A DNA stretch of 64,000 nt from Octopus sinensis (lineage: Eukaryota). Positions 1 to 13,110 of the stretch are shown piece by piece. Position 1 is the first letter of the stretch, and each line of letters begins with the position of its first letter. The stretch is from the NCBI RefSeq assembly GCF_006345805.1, contig NC_043013.1:42594001-42658000 (forward strand), given 5' to 3'. A model generated the notes under the pieces. The model saw nothing but the letters and a program-made list of their open reading frames with translations, was not told the DNA's origin and ran no database searches. Position numbers and translations under genes: made by a program.

Positions 1-3000
1 CTTATAAATACCATAAAGTTGCTGTGATATTCAGGACTTTCCCCAAAGGGATTTAGTAAAATTAAGAGAAATTTTAATTAAGTGCTGAAACCAGATAATA
101 AATAAAGAACTTAGTACCACACCATAGCGCCAGCTATAATAATAATGGTTTCAAATTTTGGCACAAGGCCAGCAATTTCGGGAGAGGGGATAAGTCAATT
201 ATACTAACCCAAAATTTTTAGGGAGGGGGCCAGTCAATTAGATTGACCCCAGTAAGCAACTGGTACTTATTTTATCAACCCCAAAAGGATGAAAGGCAAA
301 AGTCAACCTCAGCAGAATTTGAACTCAGAATGTAAATACTGATGAAATGCTGGTAAGCATTTCACCCAGTGTACTAATGATTCTGCCAATTTGGGGGTAA
401 AAGGCTAGGTGATTACATCAGCCCCAGTGTTCAATTAGTCCTTATTCTATCAACCCTAAAACGATGAAAGGCAAAGTGAATCTCAGTGGATATTTAAATT
501 CAGAATGTTAAAAACTGGAAGAAATGCTATAAAGCTACTTGTCCAGTGCACTAACAATTCTGCCAGATGACCCCTCTTAATAATAATAATAACAACAATA
601 AAAACAATGATAATAAGGGTTTCTAACATCACAATCATAGTAATAGCAATAAATTGATCAGAAATCACTGGGGGAAAATGAGATGTTAATCCAAAAAGTC
701 ACTAGTGGATTATCTTCCGGCCAAAAACACACAGCAACACTTTGTGTGGCTGTTAATTCCAAGTAACAAAAAATGTTTTTTTTTTTTAAAAACATACAAA
801 CAACCACCACAAAAAGAAATAATGCAATAACAAGCAACAACATGAGGATGGACATTAGATGTTGGTAGTGATAAACCCAAAGAATATTGATTTATACGCA
901 GTATAACAAAAACTGAAGATGGATGGATGGATATTTTAATGAAGCTACAGTGCTAAGTTGTTGACTGGTAACTGGAGATTATTGTAGATTCTCTACTAAC
1001 AGCAGACTAGTCGGAGAGGAAATATGAGAAAAGGGGACAGGTGTGAAATAAGGGAGATAACTGGAGGAAAACTACCTGGCATAAAACCAACTCGAGTTTT
1101 CACAACTGAAGGCGCAGGCATGGCTGTGTGGTTAAGAAGTTTACTTTCCAATCATATGGTTTTGTGTTCAATCCCATTGCACGGCAGCAACTTGGGCAAG
1201 TGTCTTCTACTACAGCCCCAGACTAACCAAAGCTTTGTGAGTGGATTTGGCAGATGTAAACTAAAAAAAGCCCATTTTGTGTGTGTGTGTGTGCTCATGT
1301 ATGTATATGTATCATCTTGACATCATGTGATGGTTGTAAATGAGTGTCACTGTCATACAAGCAGTGTCACTCATTTCCAATATTCTGCAAAAACATATCT
1401 GGTCACAAGGAAAAATTAGAGTTTGGTTTTGGTAAAGGATAAGGGTTAGCAACAGGAAGAACATCCGGCCATACAAAATCTGCTTTTTAATAAACACCTG
1501 TCTGACATCCACGCAATTATGGATAATGTAGACATTAAAATGGTCGTGATGATGAGGGGGAGAAGGACGACGATGACGACTGGAGAAAAACTGCTTTGCA
1601 TAGAACAAAGTCAAGTAAATAAATTTTGACAACAGAAGCCAACATGGTCAATAATAAAATGTCTGTGGGCACAGATACTTCAGAACAAAAGGTTAGCATA
1701 TGTTGTCCATAATTCATTCAGTCCCAGGATATGGAAACATTTCACTTGTCTATGAGACCATTTAGGACAACAGAGTAAAGCAAATGTAAATAAGAAAAAA
1801 TAAACATTTAAACAAAAAGAAGAAAAAAAAACAAAGACGTAGAAGTTTTGCGAAAATTCCTTAATACTGTAAGGTTTTGCCTCAGGCTTACATTGGCCAC
1901 AAGACATCCGAGTTTGCGGGGAATGGAAATGGTGTGATATTCATGCTGCCACTGAAAGTGCTTAGCATTGTAAATGAAATGAAACAGCTACATGTGGGTT
2001 GTTAGTGCCACAAACACCAGCCTCAGTGCTCTGCCAGATCATATAATGATATGCCTGCTTCAGCTTTGGGAAAATGTGCATGGCTAAGCACTGTGTGATA
2101 TGTTAGAAAGCATTTGCAAGATACCAATTGAATATGTACAGTTTAGATCACAATTTGTTTGGTCTTTTGTATGAGTGTGAGCGCACTGAAGCAGAGGAAC
2201 TGAAGTCTGTAACTGCAGTGTGATTCTATAGCCATTTCAATTGAGAGGATGGCTTCCATGAGACTGAATGGCTAATTACATCCTATATTTAGTAGTCAAA
2301 ATTTTGGTTGTTGACTCAATAATATACAAAGAGTTACAGGACATTTTGTTTTGTTGTACATCAACAAGTCTAAAAACACAAACAACAGTATTATCTAACA
2401 TTAAGAGTGACAAAAATCAGTTAAAAGGAATCATGGACTCTAAATTCTAAAAAATCCCAATCTAGGCAGTTGTAAATAGATACCAAGCAAAAATACAAGT
2501 TGCTATCTTAAAAACAAGCAAACAACACTGGTGTCATTCAACTGCAGTGTTGAGCTCAAATCCTGAAGAAAGCAGTAAGAAGCTTTCCCAGCTGTTTCGA
2601 TTGCTTATCACCACAACTGAAACTGCTTTCAGACTATTTACCAAGAACCTGATGCTCCACATCACATTTACTACTGACATGAAAATAAAAGTAACAATAA
2701 AAATTTCTCATGTTGGCACAAACCCACATATTTGTGGGGAGGAGGAAGAGAATGAGGCTGAGTATTGAAACAAAGAGGAGCAAGAGTGTCTCTTTCTACC
2801 TACCTAAAATCCTGCTACCATCACATGTAAACAGATTGACAATGGTTTTGGATATTGGCACATGGTCAGCAATTTTATGGGGGAAAAGGTTAGTGGATAC
2901 CACTGACCCCAATACTTGAGTGGTACTCATTGACCCTGGAGAGATGAAAATCAAAGTTGATCCCAACAGAATCTGAACTCAGAATGGAAAGAACCAAAAC

Positions 3001-3115
3001 AAATGCCACAAAGCATTTTCCCAATGCCTGACCAATTCTGCCAGCTAGCCACCTTAATGTAAACAGACTAATAAGTAATATACATATATATACATACATA
3101 CATACATACACACAT

Positions 3116-3626
3116 GATCCAGAAGACATAGAAACCCTTGCTTGAGATTGAGTTGGATGGTGAACAAAAGTGTGGAGTGGAGTAAAAGCATGTGAAGAGG
3201 TCAGGTTAATGCATGTAAGACTCCAAAGAGACTGAAGGAAGAATGTTACAATCGAGAAGGTGAATGACAATGACGTTTTTGCACAGTCTGTGACAGACCA
3301 AGCCTGTAGTTTGCTGGGCCCAAATCTTATCTGCAAACCTATTGAAAATGACCCTCCCACTAATTCTCCCTTCATATCTCTGCACACCTTTGAATGCAGT
3401 GTATGCCAGAAGGTTTGCAAATCTAACGGAGGCCTCAAAAGACATTTTAAGATCCACAAAGAGCAGAACTATTCTGCAGCTCTTGGTGGTCCAAGTCGGA
3501 TGTGCAATCTATGTGGGTGTCTTTTCAAAACATTGTCTGGTTTAAAAAGCCACATCAGAAGACATGATGGTGCTAAGGTGTAGATACAGGAGGTGGTCAA
3601 ACTCTGCATAAGAAGTAGACAACCAC
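3116..3626 (+). mobile_element. 3' end of an RTE-type LINE ORF2 with two C-terminal C2H2 fingers
   Basis: The frame upstream of ORF 3260..3583 reads DPEDIETLA*D*VGW*TKVWSGVKACEE..., the RTE 'LA.DR..WR..V..G' tail; fingers CSVCQKVCKSNGGLKRHFKIH and CNLCGCLFKTLSGLKSHIRRH. Confidence 0.75.
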
Positions 3627-5019
3627 CATATATATCTTTGTGTGTAGGTGTTTGTCCCCCCCATCATCGCTTGACAAGAAATGTGTTGACGTCCCTGTAA
3701 CTTAGCAGTTGAACAAAAGAGACCGATTGAATAAGTACTAGGCTTACAAAGAATAAGTCCTGGGGTCAATTTGTTCGACTAAAGGTGGTGCTCCAGTTTG
3801 GCCACAGTCAAATGACAAACAAATAAAAGAATACACAATGAACATTTCATGTGAAGAGGAAGGGGTATTTCTATATACACATATCTAAAGCTCTTATAAA
3901 AGTCTAATACTGTTCAATTAAATCAGCAGTAACAGCATTTCCTATATCCATGTCTATATGCAAGCATGTGGGTTGCCTCACTGAAACAGGTTTTGACCAG
4001 TGGTGGCCCCAGGCCATATTGGACTTAACAGCAGCACCTGGGCGGGTCTGCAATACCACAGGTGTGTTTGTGTGTGTGTGATTCATTCTCGATATTTTAA
4101 TTGTACCAGGATGATGATGTGAAAAAAATATACGTATAATCAGGATATATATATATATATATACACAACACACACACACACAGATAGGTGGATTGTTCCC
4201 CAACAGTTTTCAGCTGGTGAGGAAAGAGGCAGAAATAGATACAGTATATACTACAACCACAACTCTGAAACACACATGTACAATGCAGTAAACATAGCAT
4301 ACTACACTCATCATACATGTTCCACAACACAGACACCACTAATACTACTGCTACTATTATTAAAACCTCCTGCTGGTACTACAGTAGCTTTTAGCATGAT
4401 AATTACCACTGACGCAGCTACTACTACTACTACTACTTCTAATACAACCTATTACTCCTTTCTGCTACAGGGACAAGGGCTAAAATTGGAGGTGGGGCAG
4501 GCTAGTCAATTACATTGATACCAGTGCTTGACTGGTACTTATTTTATCGAACCTGGAAGGATGAAAGGCAAAGTCGACCTTGGAGGAATTTGAACTCAGA
4601 ACGTAAATACGGACGAAATGCTGCTAAACATTTTGTCCAGTACGCTAACGATTCTGCCAGTTTACCACCTTAATATTATTGTTGTAGTAGTAGTAGTAGT
4701 AGCACAACTGCTATTATTTTAATGTTTCAGCATGTAGTATTGGATGGGTGGAGAGGTAACAATATCAAGAGTGGGTTAGAGAACATGAGGGGATGTCTGC
4801 TCTTGGAATGAGAGAGAGGGTGAATGGTGGGTGGGGGGCAGCAGTTAAATCAGTGATTAGATCAATATTTTAGACCAAAATCTTCAGCGATGTCAATGTT
4901 AAAATATAGAAGAATTATTTCCAAATACAAAAATATCTCATCTATTCCAGTCATTTTCAGTGAAGGTGTTAAGAATTACATTTTGCATGCACAAACAAAT
5001 ACACTCATAAACACACACA

Positions 5020-5061
<42 letters not shown>

Positions 5062-5796
5062 AATACATAACCCAAAGAGATAACCTCTACATGGTTGCTT
5101 GAAAAGATAAAATAGAAACCAAATCTCCCTCACATTACACTCTACTATCTTAAAAATATAATCCTAGATATGATATACCTGAGAGAAGAGTGGGATGGTC
5201 ATGGCTGGAATGCCTTTGATCATAGGTCTGCTCAGTTAGAGCTGACCAGGGCTAAATAACAATAACAAGACACACACACTTACAATAAATATTTCCACAA
5301 TTTGACAGAACTCAGCTCTGGATTTAAACAACATTAATTGGAAAAATAACGAGATGAATCTTTCTATTATCTTGGACAAGAAGCCAGTCTATTGCAGCTA
5401 AAAAACGCGATGGCAAATCTCAGCACCACCGGAAAGCAGACGAATATGAGGAAATTAAAATCACATCTTCCTATCCCAAAGACACAATGAAAGGCCTGTG
5501 GTAGGAATTGAACTTGTGAATCACAAGCAGTCATTTCAACCCCCCCCCCCTATCTCTCTTTCTCTCCAAAAACATACCACACACACTCAAAGACACTTAT
5601 ACACATTTAATATATTGCAGAAACAATATCTCTGCTGACCAAGCTTAATAATTACGAAGAGATTTGGAATTGTCTCCCTTACTTTCTCGGCCAAAAATAT
5701 GCATTGACTGAACTCTTGTTTCTTAATCACTGTATCTAACGCTATAGTAGTTATTTCTGATGTTTAAAACATAGGAAACTAGTTAAACCCACTGTG

Positions 5797-6146
5797 ACAT
5801 ATATATACATATATACACACACATTATATATATATATATATATACACATATATACATACATATATATATACACATACACATACATATATATATACACATA
5901 TATATATATACATACATATACACATACATATATATATACATACATATACACATATATATATACATACATATACACATACATATATATATATACATACATA
6001 TACACATACATATATATATATATACATACATATACACATATACATACACATACACATATACATACACATATACATACACATACATATATACATACATACA
6101 TGCCTAAATAAATATATATATATATATACATACATACATGTCTAAG

Positions 6147-6180
<34 letters not shown>

Positions 6181-6370
6181 CATAAATACATACATACACA
6201 CATATATATATATACATACACACATACATACATGTGTGAGGATATGTGTGCATATATTTACATATATATGCATATATATACATGTATATACACACACACA
6301 CATAAACAATGATGATGATATATATAGAGAGAGAGAAAGAGAGGAGATAGACAGACATACACACATATAT
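5797..6370. repeat. Compound (TA)/(CA)/(TACA) microsatellite
   Basis: Direct inspection; source of spurious YIYM-type ORFs. Confidence 0.97.
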
Positions 6371-6704
6371 GGACAAACTTTGTTTCTTAAATTACATCAT
6401 TTAGGCAGCAAATATTACAAAAATTCTCATAAAAAAATAACAATAAAAATATATACAAAAACTGTTAGATGGTTGCCATAAAAATGATTAGACAGGGAAT
6501 ATCAGAGAAATGAAGAATAATGAGGTTATCAGCAGAAAGGATTCACTCATGTCCATATTTCAGTTTGGGATTTCTGTTTTTCTTCAATGAATAAAATGGA
6601 AAAAAAAAATAAAATAAAAGATAAAGTAGAACCACCATCCCACCCTCGTGCCGCCCCCCCACTTCCCTATTCCATGGGAGCAGAGAAGAAGGGAATGAAC
6701 TTCA

Positions 6705-6946
6705 CTAATCTTCTTTCCCTATCAAAGAACCATTCAATATCTGTTGTGAAGAATAAGAGCATCTCTCTCGCTTGAACACCATCTTCAGGCGGACATAGAT
6801 CTCTTGACGTATGGTTGCGGTGAATTTGTTGACAAGGCATAGCGCTGTCGCCACAGCAAACACAATGTTGTAGGTCAGGATGATGTAGAAGTTGCCCAGC
6901 CATTCCATGCTGCCAAAGTTGCCGAGAAGATCAAAGTTTGTGATGC
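6705..6946 (-). CDS. LMBR1: LMBR1 last coding exon (ITNFDLLGNFGSMEWLGNFYIILTYN...GSLIGKED*)
   Basis: ttctag acceptor, 242 nt to TAG; GIT.FDLLG.FG...WLGNFYI motif. Confidence 0.97.
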
Positions 6947-7007
6947 CTAGAAAGAAAAAAAAATACAACAGGAAAATGGTTAAAAGCTTGTGAATTTACT
7001 TAGAAAT

Positions 7008-7530
7008 ATCATCATCATCATCATTTAACGTCCGCTTTCCATGCTAGCATGGATTGGACAATTTGACTGAGGACTGGCAAACCAGATGGCTGCACCAGGC
7101 TCCAATCTGATCTGGCAGAATTTCTACAGCTGGAAGCCCTTCCTGACACCAACCACTCCAAGAATGAAGAGGGTGCTTTTTATGTGCCACCAGCACGAGG
7201 GGCCAGTCTGGCGGTACTGGCAATGGCCATGCTCAAATGGTGTTTTTTACATTCCACCTGCACAGGAGTCAGTCCAGTGGCACTGGCAACGCCCTCGCTC
7301 GAATGTTTTGTTCAAGTGCCAGTAAGATGATGATGGTAGCGATCACGCTCAAATGGTGCTTTTTACGCTCCATTGGCACGGAAGCCAGACAGCCACTCTG
7401 GCAGTGATCCTGCTCGGATGGAGCTGTTAGCACTCCACTGGCACAGGTGCCAGTCATCGAATTTGGTTTAATTTCGATTTCACTTGCCCCAACAGGTCTT
7501 CGCAAGCAGAGTTTTGTGTCCAACTCTGCT
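7008..7530 (-). mobile_element. SINE family C with RTE-like (GAT)n tail; other copies 22803-23047, 35570-36010, 42910-43120, 48695-48870, 50312-50590
   Basis: Shared GGTTGGCGTTAGGAAGGGCATCCAGCTGTAGAAA core, internal GCCAGTGGCAC-type repeats, GGACGTTAAATGATGATG tail. Confidence 0.85.
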
Positions 7531-8068
7531 TGTAAAGACCTGTTGACTTCAGAAAATATCACCACAAATAACAAGCCAAAAGCTTAAACCTGACACTATT
7601 GTTTAGTACATGACTGCTTGTTTAGTTGCAGTATCTATCTAACACTACTGATAAGTACATAATGTAGCAAATACTTATTCATGAAATCATACTTCAAAGA
7701 TAACAAAGACTCTACTTTTCATACAAAACAACAGAGGATTTGTCACTACTTCCATCAATACTACACTTCTGTGCAATGAAACTACGAAATTAGTGATAGT
7801 TCATGGCCATAGACAAGGCTGATATCTCAACTACTACAATGAAAAGTTGGAGTTCTGAATTATGCTAAGGAGCAAATATAAAGAAGAACAGGAGATGGTA
7901 ATGGATGATAAATATGCATCGGATAGGAAGGTAGAAAAGAGTAAGTTATGACTGTAGATTTTGTATAAGGTTGAGGGATATGCTTCATCATAGCTGGCCT
8001 GAAAACTAAACGACAACATTTGGAGATGGGTAGAATGAAAACAAAGAAAGTGAATGTTTTATAGTTAC

Positions 8069-8226
8069 CTAATGTCTTTAGTAATACAGGCAAGGCGGAG
8101 CTGAGTACAAGGAGGACAATACAGTTGGCTATGATGAGAATCATTGTGGTGTCGTCAATTCGAGGAGTGAGGTGACAAAACACAGGAAGACTGTAGAAAC
8201 CCACCAGGGAAGCACACATTAAGTAA
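8069..8226 (-). CDS. LMBR1: LMBR1 coding exon 14 (YLMCASLVGFYSLPVFCHLTPRIDDTTMILIIANCIVLLVLSSALPVLLKTL-G)
   Basis: 158 nt, cctcag/gtaact; VGFYSL...DDTTM..II.NC...LVLSSALPV motifs. Confidence 0.97.
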
Positions 8227-8349
8227 CTGAGGGGCAACAAAGTTAAGGTCTGAATATAGCATATAGATCAAAGTAGTTGTAAATATTAAGGTGGTGCATT
8301 AGATATTATTATATAAAGAGCATGCACACATGAACATACAATCACGCTC

Positions 8350-8362
8350 GTATGTATATATG

Positions 8363-8393
<31 letters not shown>

Positions 8394-8622
8394 ATGTATA
8401 TATATGTGTGTGTGTGTATGTATGTATATATATATATATGTGTGTGTGTGTATATATATATATATGTGCGTGTATATATATATGTGTGTGTGTATATATA
8501 TATATATGTGTGTGTATATATATATGTGTGTGTGTGTGTGTATATATATATATGTGTGTGTGTGTGTGTATGTATATATATGTGTGTGTGTGTGTGTGTA
8601 TGTATATATATGTGTGTGTGTG

Positions 8623-8662
<40 letters not shown>
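8350..8662. repeat. Compound (TA)/(TG) microsatellite
   Basis: Direct inspection. Confidence 0.97.
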
Positions 8663-8665
<3 letters not shown>

Positions 8666-8810
8666 AGAATTCACAAAAAAAAACAAAAGACAGGTGGTGT
8701 AGACAACAAACAGAGGTATTAATATAACGCTCTGAAAGTGAAAAAGTCTTTAATGTTTCGAGCCTATGCTCTTCCACAGAAAGAAAATAAAGAATGTGTA
8801 GTGGCTATAT
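8661..8810 (-). mobile_element. Second, more decayed copy of that family (hammerhead remnant 8747-8784)
   Basis: TCTTT-CTGTGGA-A-GAGC(atag)GCTC-GAAACATT-AAAGA; abuts (TA)n. Confidence 0.5.
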
Positions 8811-9159
8811 GTATTTATTCATTCACAGTTACAAGAAACATACTCAGATGGCGATTACATGTAATATACCTCAGACAATACTTATTTGCAACATACATAC
8901 GCAGGTGGGAGTAGTTTCAGGCCAATAAAAAGAGTACCAAAGTAGTTGAGAAGGCATCAGACTACAGGTTATAGAGTATCCGGTAGCCATTACATTTAAT
9001 ATAACTCCAACAGATGTTACACCAATTATATATTCAAAAGATGTGACATACTTCAGACAACAAGCAGCAGTTACATGTAATGCACCCTCAGGCAACAGTT
9101 TCATGTAACGCACCCTCAAGCAACAGCTGCATGTAACACTCAGACAGCAACATATTATA

Positions 9160-9559
9160 TACTCTCTTTACTCTTTTACTTGTTTCAGTCATTTGACTGC
9201 AGCCATGCTGGAGCACCGCCTTTAGTCGAGCAAATCGACCCCGGGACTTATTCTTTGTAAGCCCAGTACTTATTCTATTGGTCTCTTTTGCTGAACCGCT
9301 AAGTGACGGGGACGTAAACACACCAGCATCGGTTGTCAAGCAATGCTAGGGGGACAAACACAGACACACAAACATACACACACATACTTATATATATACA
9401 TATATACGACAGGCTTCTTTCAGTTTCCGTCTACCAAATCCACTCACAAGGCATTGGTCGGCCCGGGGCTATAGCAGAAGACACTTGCCCAAGATGCCAC
9501 GCAGTGGGACTGAACCCGGAACCATGTGGTTGGTAAGCAAGCTACTTACCACACAGCCT
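9160..9559 (-). mobile_element. SINE family B (tRNA-like head, internal (TG/TA)n, GTAAAAGA tail); other long copies 13605-14030, 40230-40560, 60100-60484; partial copies include 1110-1310 and 3627-3830
   Basis: Near-identical ~400-bp copies; head GGCTGTGTGGTAAG...GGTTCAGTCCC. Confidence 0.9.
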
Positions 9560-10699
9560 AACTTTTACACACAAAAATACATTTAAAAGTGCTTCTTGCA
9601 TATGGCACCAACACAAGGGCTTCTTGCATGGCACCAATACAGGTGATTCTTGTGTGGCACCAGCATGAGTGATTTTTCACTGGGCTAGCTAATTCTAGTG
9701 GTACTCATTTACTCCTCGGGATGTGGGTACTGTTGGGTCATAAGAAGCTCATCCACATTTGACAGGTTTTGCTTTTGAATCCTGCTGGGTTCTCACACTC
9801 CGCTTTCCACAGAGCAAGTTTAGTAGAAGATAGATTTGGTCACCAACCACTCAATTATGATCATGTAGCACTGGCTTACACAGCTATCAGTAGCAGGTTT
9901 CCAATCAGCCTGTGATGGAAATGGTCTTCACTTAACACAACCACACATCCCAATATTTACCACTATGTTGGACAACCATAACCACATAACCCAGTAGTTA
10001 TAACTGTGTTAAAACAAAAATGGATCAAGTTAGACTAGAAAAAGATAAAGAAAGTTTAGCCGTCAATCACAATCAAGTATAATCTGATAGCTTGCACCAT
10101 ATTTTTGTTGACAGTATTAAGTTGCCTATGTAGTTGCAAGCTGATATAGACCACCAACACCTCTTTCGCTAGCTTTCCTAGTCTTCATCCAGCAGAACAA
10201 TGAGGACACAACAGCTGGAGAGGGGTGGGCACCAGCATTTTGTTAGTACTCATATCTGAGTAGACTGCAGAACATGGACATACACATGCACACACATACA
10301 TAAACACACACACACAATAAGCTTCTTTTAGTCTCCATCATCCAAATCCACTCACAAAGCTTTGATCAGTCTCAGGTTATAGAAGACACTTGCCACACAG
10401 TAGGACTGAACCCAGAACCATGTGGTCAAGAAGCAAACTTCATACCACACAGCCATGTCTGCACCTTTATATGTAAAAAAAACTGTTGGATTTCATTTCT
10501 GATATTCCTATCTACACACACACACACTCAAACACGAAATACACACATGTAAAGCACATACATACAAATGTAAACAAATAAATACATACAATACACACTG
10601 CAATATAGTCAAACAAGTGATGTGGACACACTAAAGGACTACTAAGACCACCAGTTCACACACACAAACTGAACACCAGATCATATTTTTAAAGGATAC

Positions 10700-10773
10700 A
10701 GGATAAGGATGATTTCCAAAACAGCCCCAACAGGTCCAAGAGCAGACAAGGAGGTTATGCCGAGAGCAAGTTT
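10700..10773 (-). CDS. LMBR1: LMBR1 coding exon 13 (KLALGITSLSALGPVGAVLEIILIL)
   Basis: 74 nt, tttcag acceptor, donor CT|gtatcctt; SLS..G.VGA.LEIILI motif. Confidence 0.95.
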
Positions 10774-11202
10774 CTGAAAGTAAAAATAAGAACAACAAAG
10801 AATTTATAAGAGAACAAACACACTGCAATGCTCCCTATGGTCAAAAATTTAGGGATCCACAAAGAAGTTATGACAGGTTAGGATACTGGGCTGCCACATT
10901 CTGTTAGTGTAACCTAGTAATATTAGGAATTTAAACAGTTCTATACAAGACAGGATTATATCCCAACAATGCATAGATTCAACACAACTGATTGCAAATA
11001 CACACCCAAGAATTGTAGCATGTAATGCACACACTGATGGCTGTTGCATGCTATGCAAATACCCAACAGCATTTACATTTATCTACTTAAGCATGAAGAA
11101 CAGTACTGGGCCCTCAAGCCAAGGAGGAGCCCTCTACATAGTCTCCAAGCCAAGAGGGAAGACTATGCAGTTGTTCAACTTGCTAGAAATGATAGCTACA
11201 TT

Positions 11203-11431
11203 AAGGTGGCAAGCTGGCAGAAACATTAGCACACAGGGCAAAATGCTTAGCAGTATTTCGTCTGCCGCTATGTTCTGAGTTCAAATTCTGTCGAGGTCGA
11301 TTTTGCCTTTCATCCTTTCGGGGTCGATTAAATAAGTACCAGTTATGCACTGGGGTCAATATAATCAACTTAATCTGTTTGTCCTTATTTGTCTCCTCTG
11401 TGTGTAGCCCCTTGTGGGCAGTAAAGAAATA
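11203..11431 (+). mobile_element. SINE family A (tRNA-derived, Meta-domain-like core GCCTTTCATCCTTTCGGGGTCGAT), full copy
   Basis: 18-bp TSD AGAAATGATAGCTACATT (11185-11202, 11432-11449); many further copies across the window. Confidence 0.9.
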
Positions 11432-11925
11432 AGAAATGATAGCTACATTTTCCTCATAACAAAAAGGCACCTTAGCTAAATTAGTCCTAGTCTGACTAGT
11501 CTGAGAGCGAAAAAAAACGAGAGAGTTATTACTGGAACTACTTTGGTTCTATAGCTGTAAATCAGAGCTGAACTGAATCTCAGCAACATCAACAACAACC
11601 TTATGTTGCATAATATATACTATGTCTGTGTTATAGCTATAGTCTGATACACAAACATTAGGCTTGCTCATGCCAGCAATAGAATGCGAAGGTCAATCAC
11701 CCAACAAAAAAAATCATGATACAAATAGGTTAATTAAAAAAATAGCCAAATACTGCAGAAAACTGAACTCTTGGTTAGCAAAGTAAAAAAAATCTAATTT
11801 CCATTCACAGTTGAAGATATTTCACTTCATTTAGATAGCTGTTGGGAAAAAATATGGACATTACAATATTACTTGTCTATAATTAGAAAGAAATCAGTGT
11901 TAAACAAGAGGTGATTGCTACTTAC

Positions 11926-12003
11926 TTTGGTCCCAAAGGGTAAAGCTTTTATACCAATCAGCAGTTGAAACATATTGTGAGACACCATTAGGACACAGAT
12001 AGC
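11926..12003 (-). CDS. LMBR1: LMBR1 coding exon 12 (AICVLMVSHNMFQLLIGIKALPFGTK)
   Basis: 78 nt, ttgcag/gtaagt, phase 0->0; hydrophobic segment ending LLIGIKALP. Confidence 0.93.
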
Positions 12004-12805
12004 CTGCAACAGAAGGAAGATTCAGAATGACTAACATTCACAGACCACACAAGTACATAGGAATCAACCATACACAGGAGAGAGAGATTCACAGGTTTCA
12101 GTCAGAAGACATTTGCCCATGATGACGTGCAGTGGAATTGAACTTGAAACCACATAGTTGGGAAGCGAACTTCTTAGCCACACAGCCACGTACAGAATAT
12201 CATTAACTGACAAAGTCTGTTAAGTTCAATATATCCATTGCTTTTATCAGCTGACTTCGAAAACCAGATTCACACCAACTGCCATGTTTGTATTATGAAA
12301 ATATTTAGGCAAGCTTATTGGAGTTACCTCCCTTGCTTTTTTTTTTTTTATGCAGTTATTGCCGGTGTTGGTTTTAGCTTTTAAAAAAGCAAAGGTTTCC
12401 AACTCCTTAAATGAAATATATGGGGCATCCCAAGGACTAATTGCCATCTAGCTAGCTCACTCTCTCGTATCTGAGGAAAGAGACAAACTAAAATGTAATC
12501 ACCGTGTAGACACATACAATAGAAATACAAAATACAAAATGGCTGACGGTTAGTAAAGAGAGACACACAAATAAGAAAGAAGAAAGCAAAGGATCACTGA
12601 TGCGGTCACAGGAGTGTGACGAAAGAACTCTGGCCAAAATAAGATTAAGATTAATGTAAAAAATAAATAACGCTGAAGCAAAGTAACACCAAATATATAG
12701 TGCATATGTTTTTATTGGCTAAACTGGCAAAATGACCATTCCTAAATACAACAATAATATTATTATTATTATCAAATTCAACAAAAAAGTCAAGATGTTA
12801 CTTAC

Positions 12806-12882
12806 TGTCAGGGCTAGCAATATCAGAATGACAAGTGGATAACCTAGATTTCTTCGCAATGAAGAAACCTGTTTTCGTTTTT
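12806..12882 (-). CDS. LMBR1: LMBR1 coding exon 11 (EKRKQVSSLRRNLGYPLVILILLALT)
   Basis: 77 nt, tttcag/gtaagt; RNL.YP motif. Confidence 0.95.
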
Positions 12883-13110
12883 CTGAAATGATAAAATAAT
12901 TACAAATTGCATCTTTACTAAAAATTATTTTCGCTGTCTGGAAACATAAATTTTAATGAAAATATATTCTACAACATGAACTAAAATGACTGTGTTTTTA
13001 TTTTTATTTTTGATGATTCCCTCTCATCCTCCCCCGTTTTTCATGTCAGCATCTATGAAGGAGAACTGAGAAGGGTTTTAACAATTTCACATCCAACACT
13101 TTACATTACT

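Larger units (their letters stand above)
8227..10699 (-). other. U12-type (minor spliceosome) GT-AG intron of LMBR1
   Basis: 5' splice site GTATCCTTT (10699-10691); branch motif GACCTTAAC (8250-8242) ending 15 nt before the 3' intron end; short pyrimidine tract. Confidence 0.9.

Noticed and set aside
3260-3583. Stand-alone C2H2 zinc-finger gene
   Set aside because: GTG start, no TGEKP linkers, and in frame with a stop-riddled RTE ORF2 tail
5751-6481. Long YIYM/HTHT/CVCV ORFs here and at 8.3, 25-26, 37 and 51 kb
   Set aside because: Translations of dinucleotide microsatellites with no coding signal
4900-6704. LMBR1 3' UTR end and polyadenylation site
   Set aside because: I found no clear minus-strand AATAAA near the stop (only an ATTAAA near 5605); cannot be placed from sequence alone
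8895-8960. Minus-strand LNYFGTLFIGLKLLP, resembling exon 12 (LLIGIKALP)
   Set aside because: In-frame stop just upstream, wrong position in exon order, and the true exon 12 is at 11926-12003
12461-12470. Possible 10-nt microexon (ttcctcag|ATACGAGAGA|gtgagc) in LMBR1 intron 11
   Set aside because: It would frameshift between two phase-0 exons that already join cleanly; no support without RNA-seq
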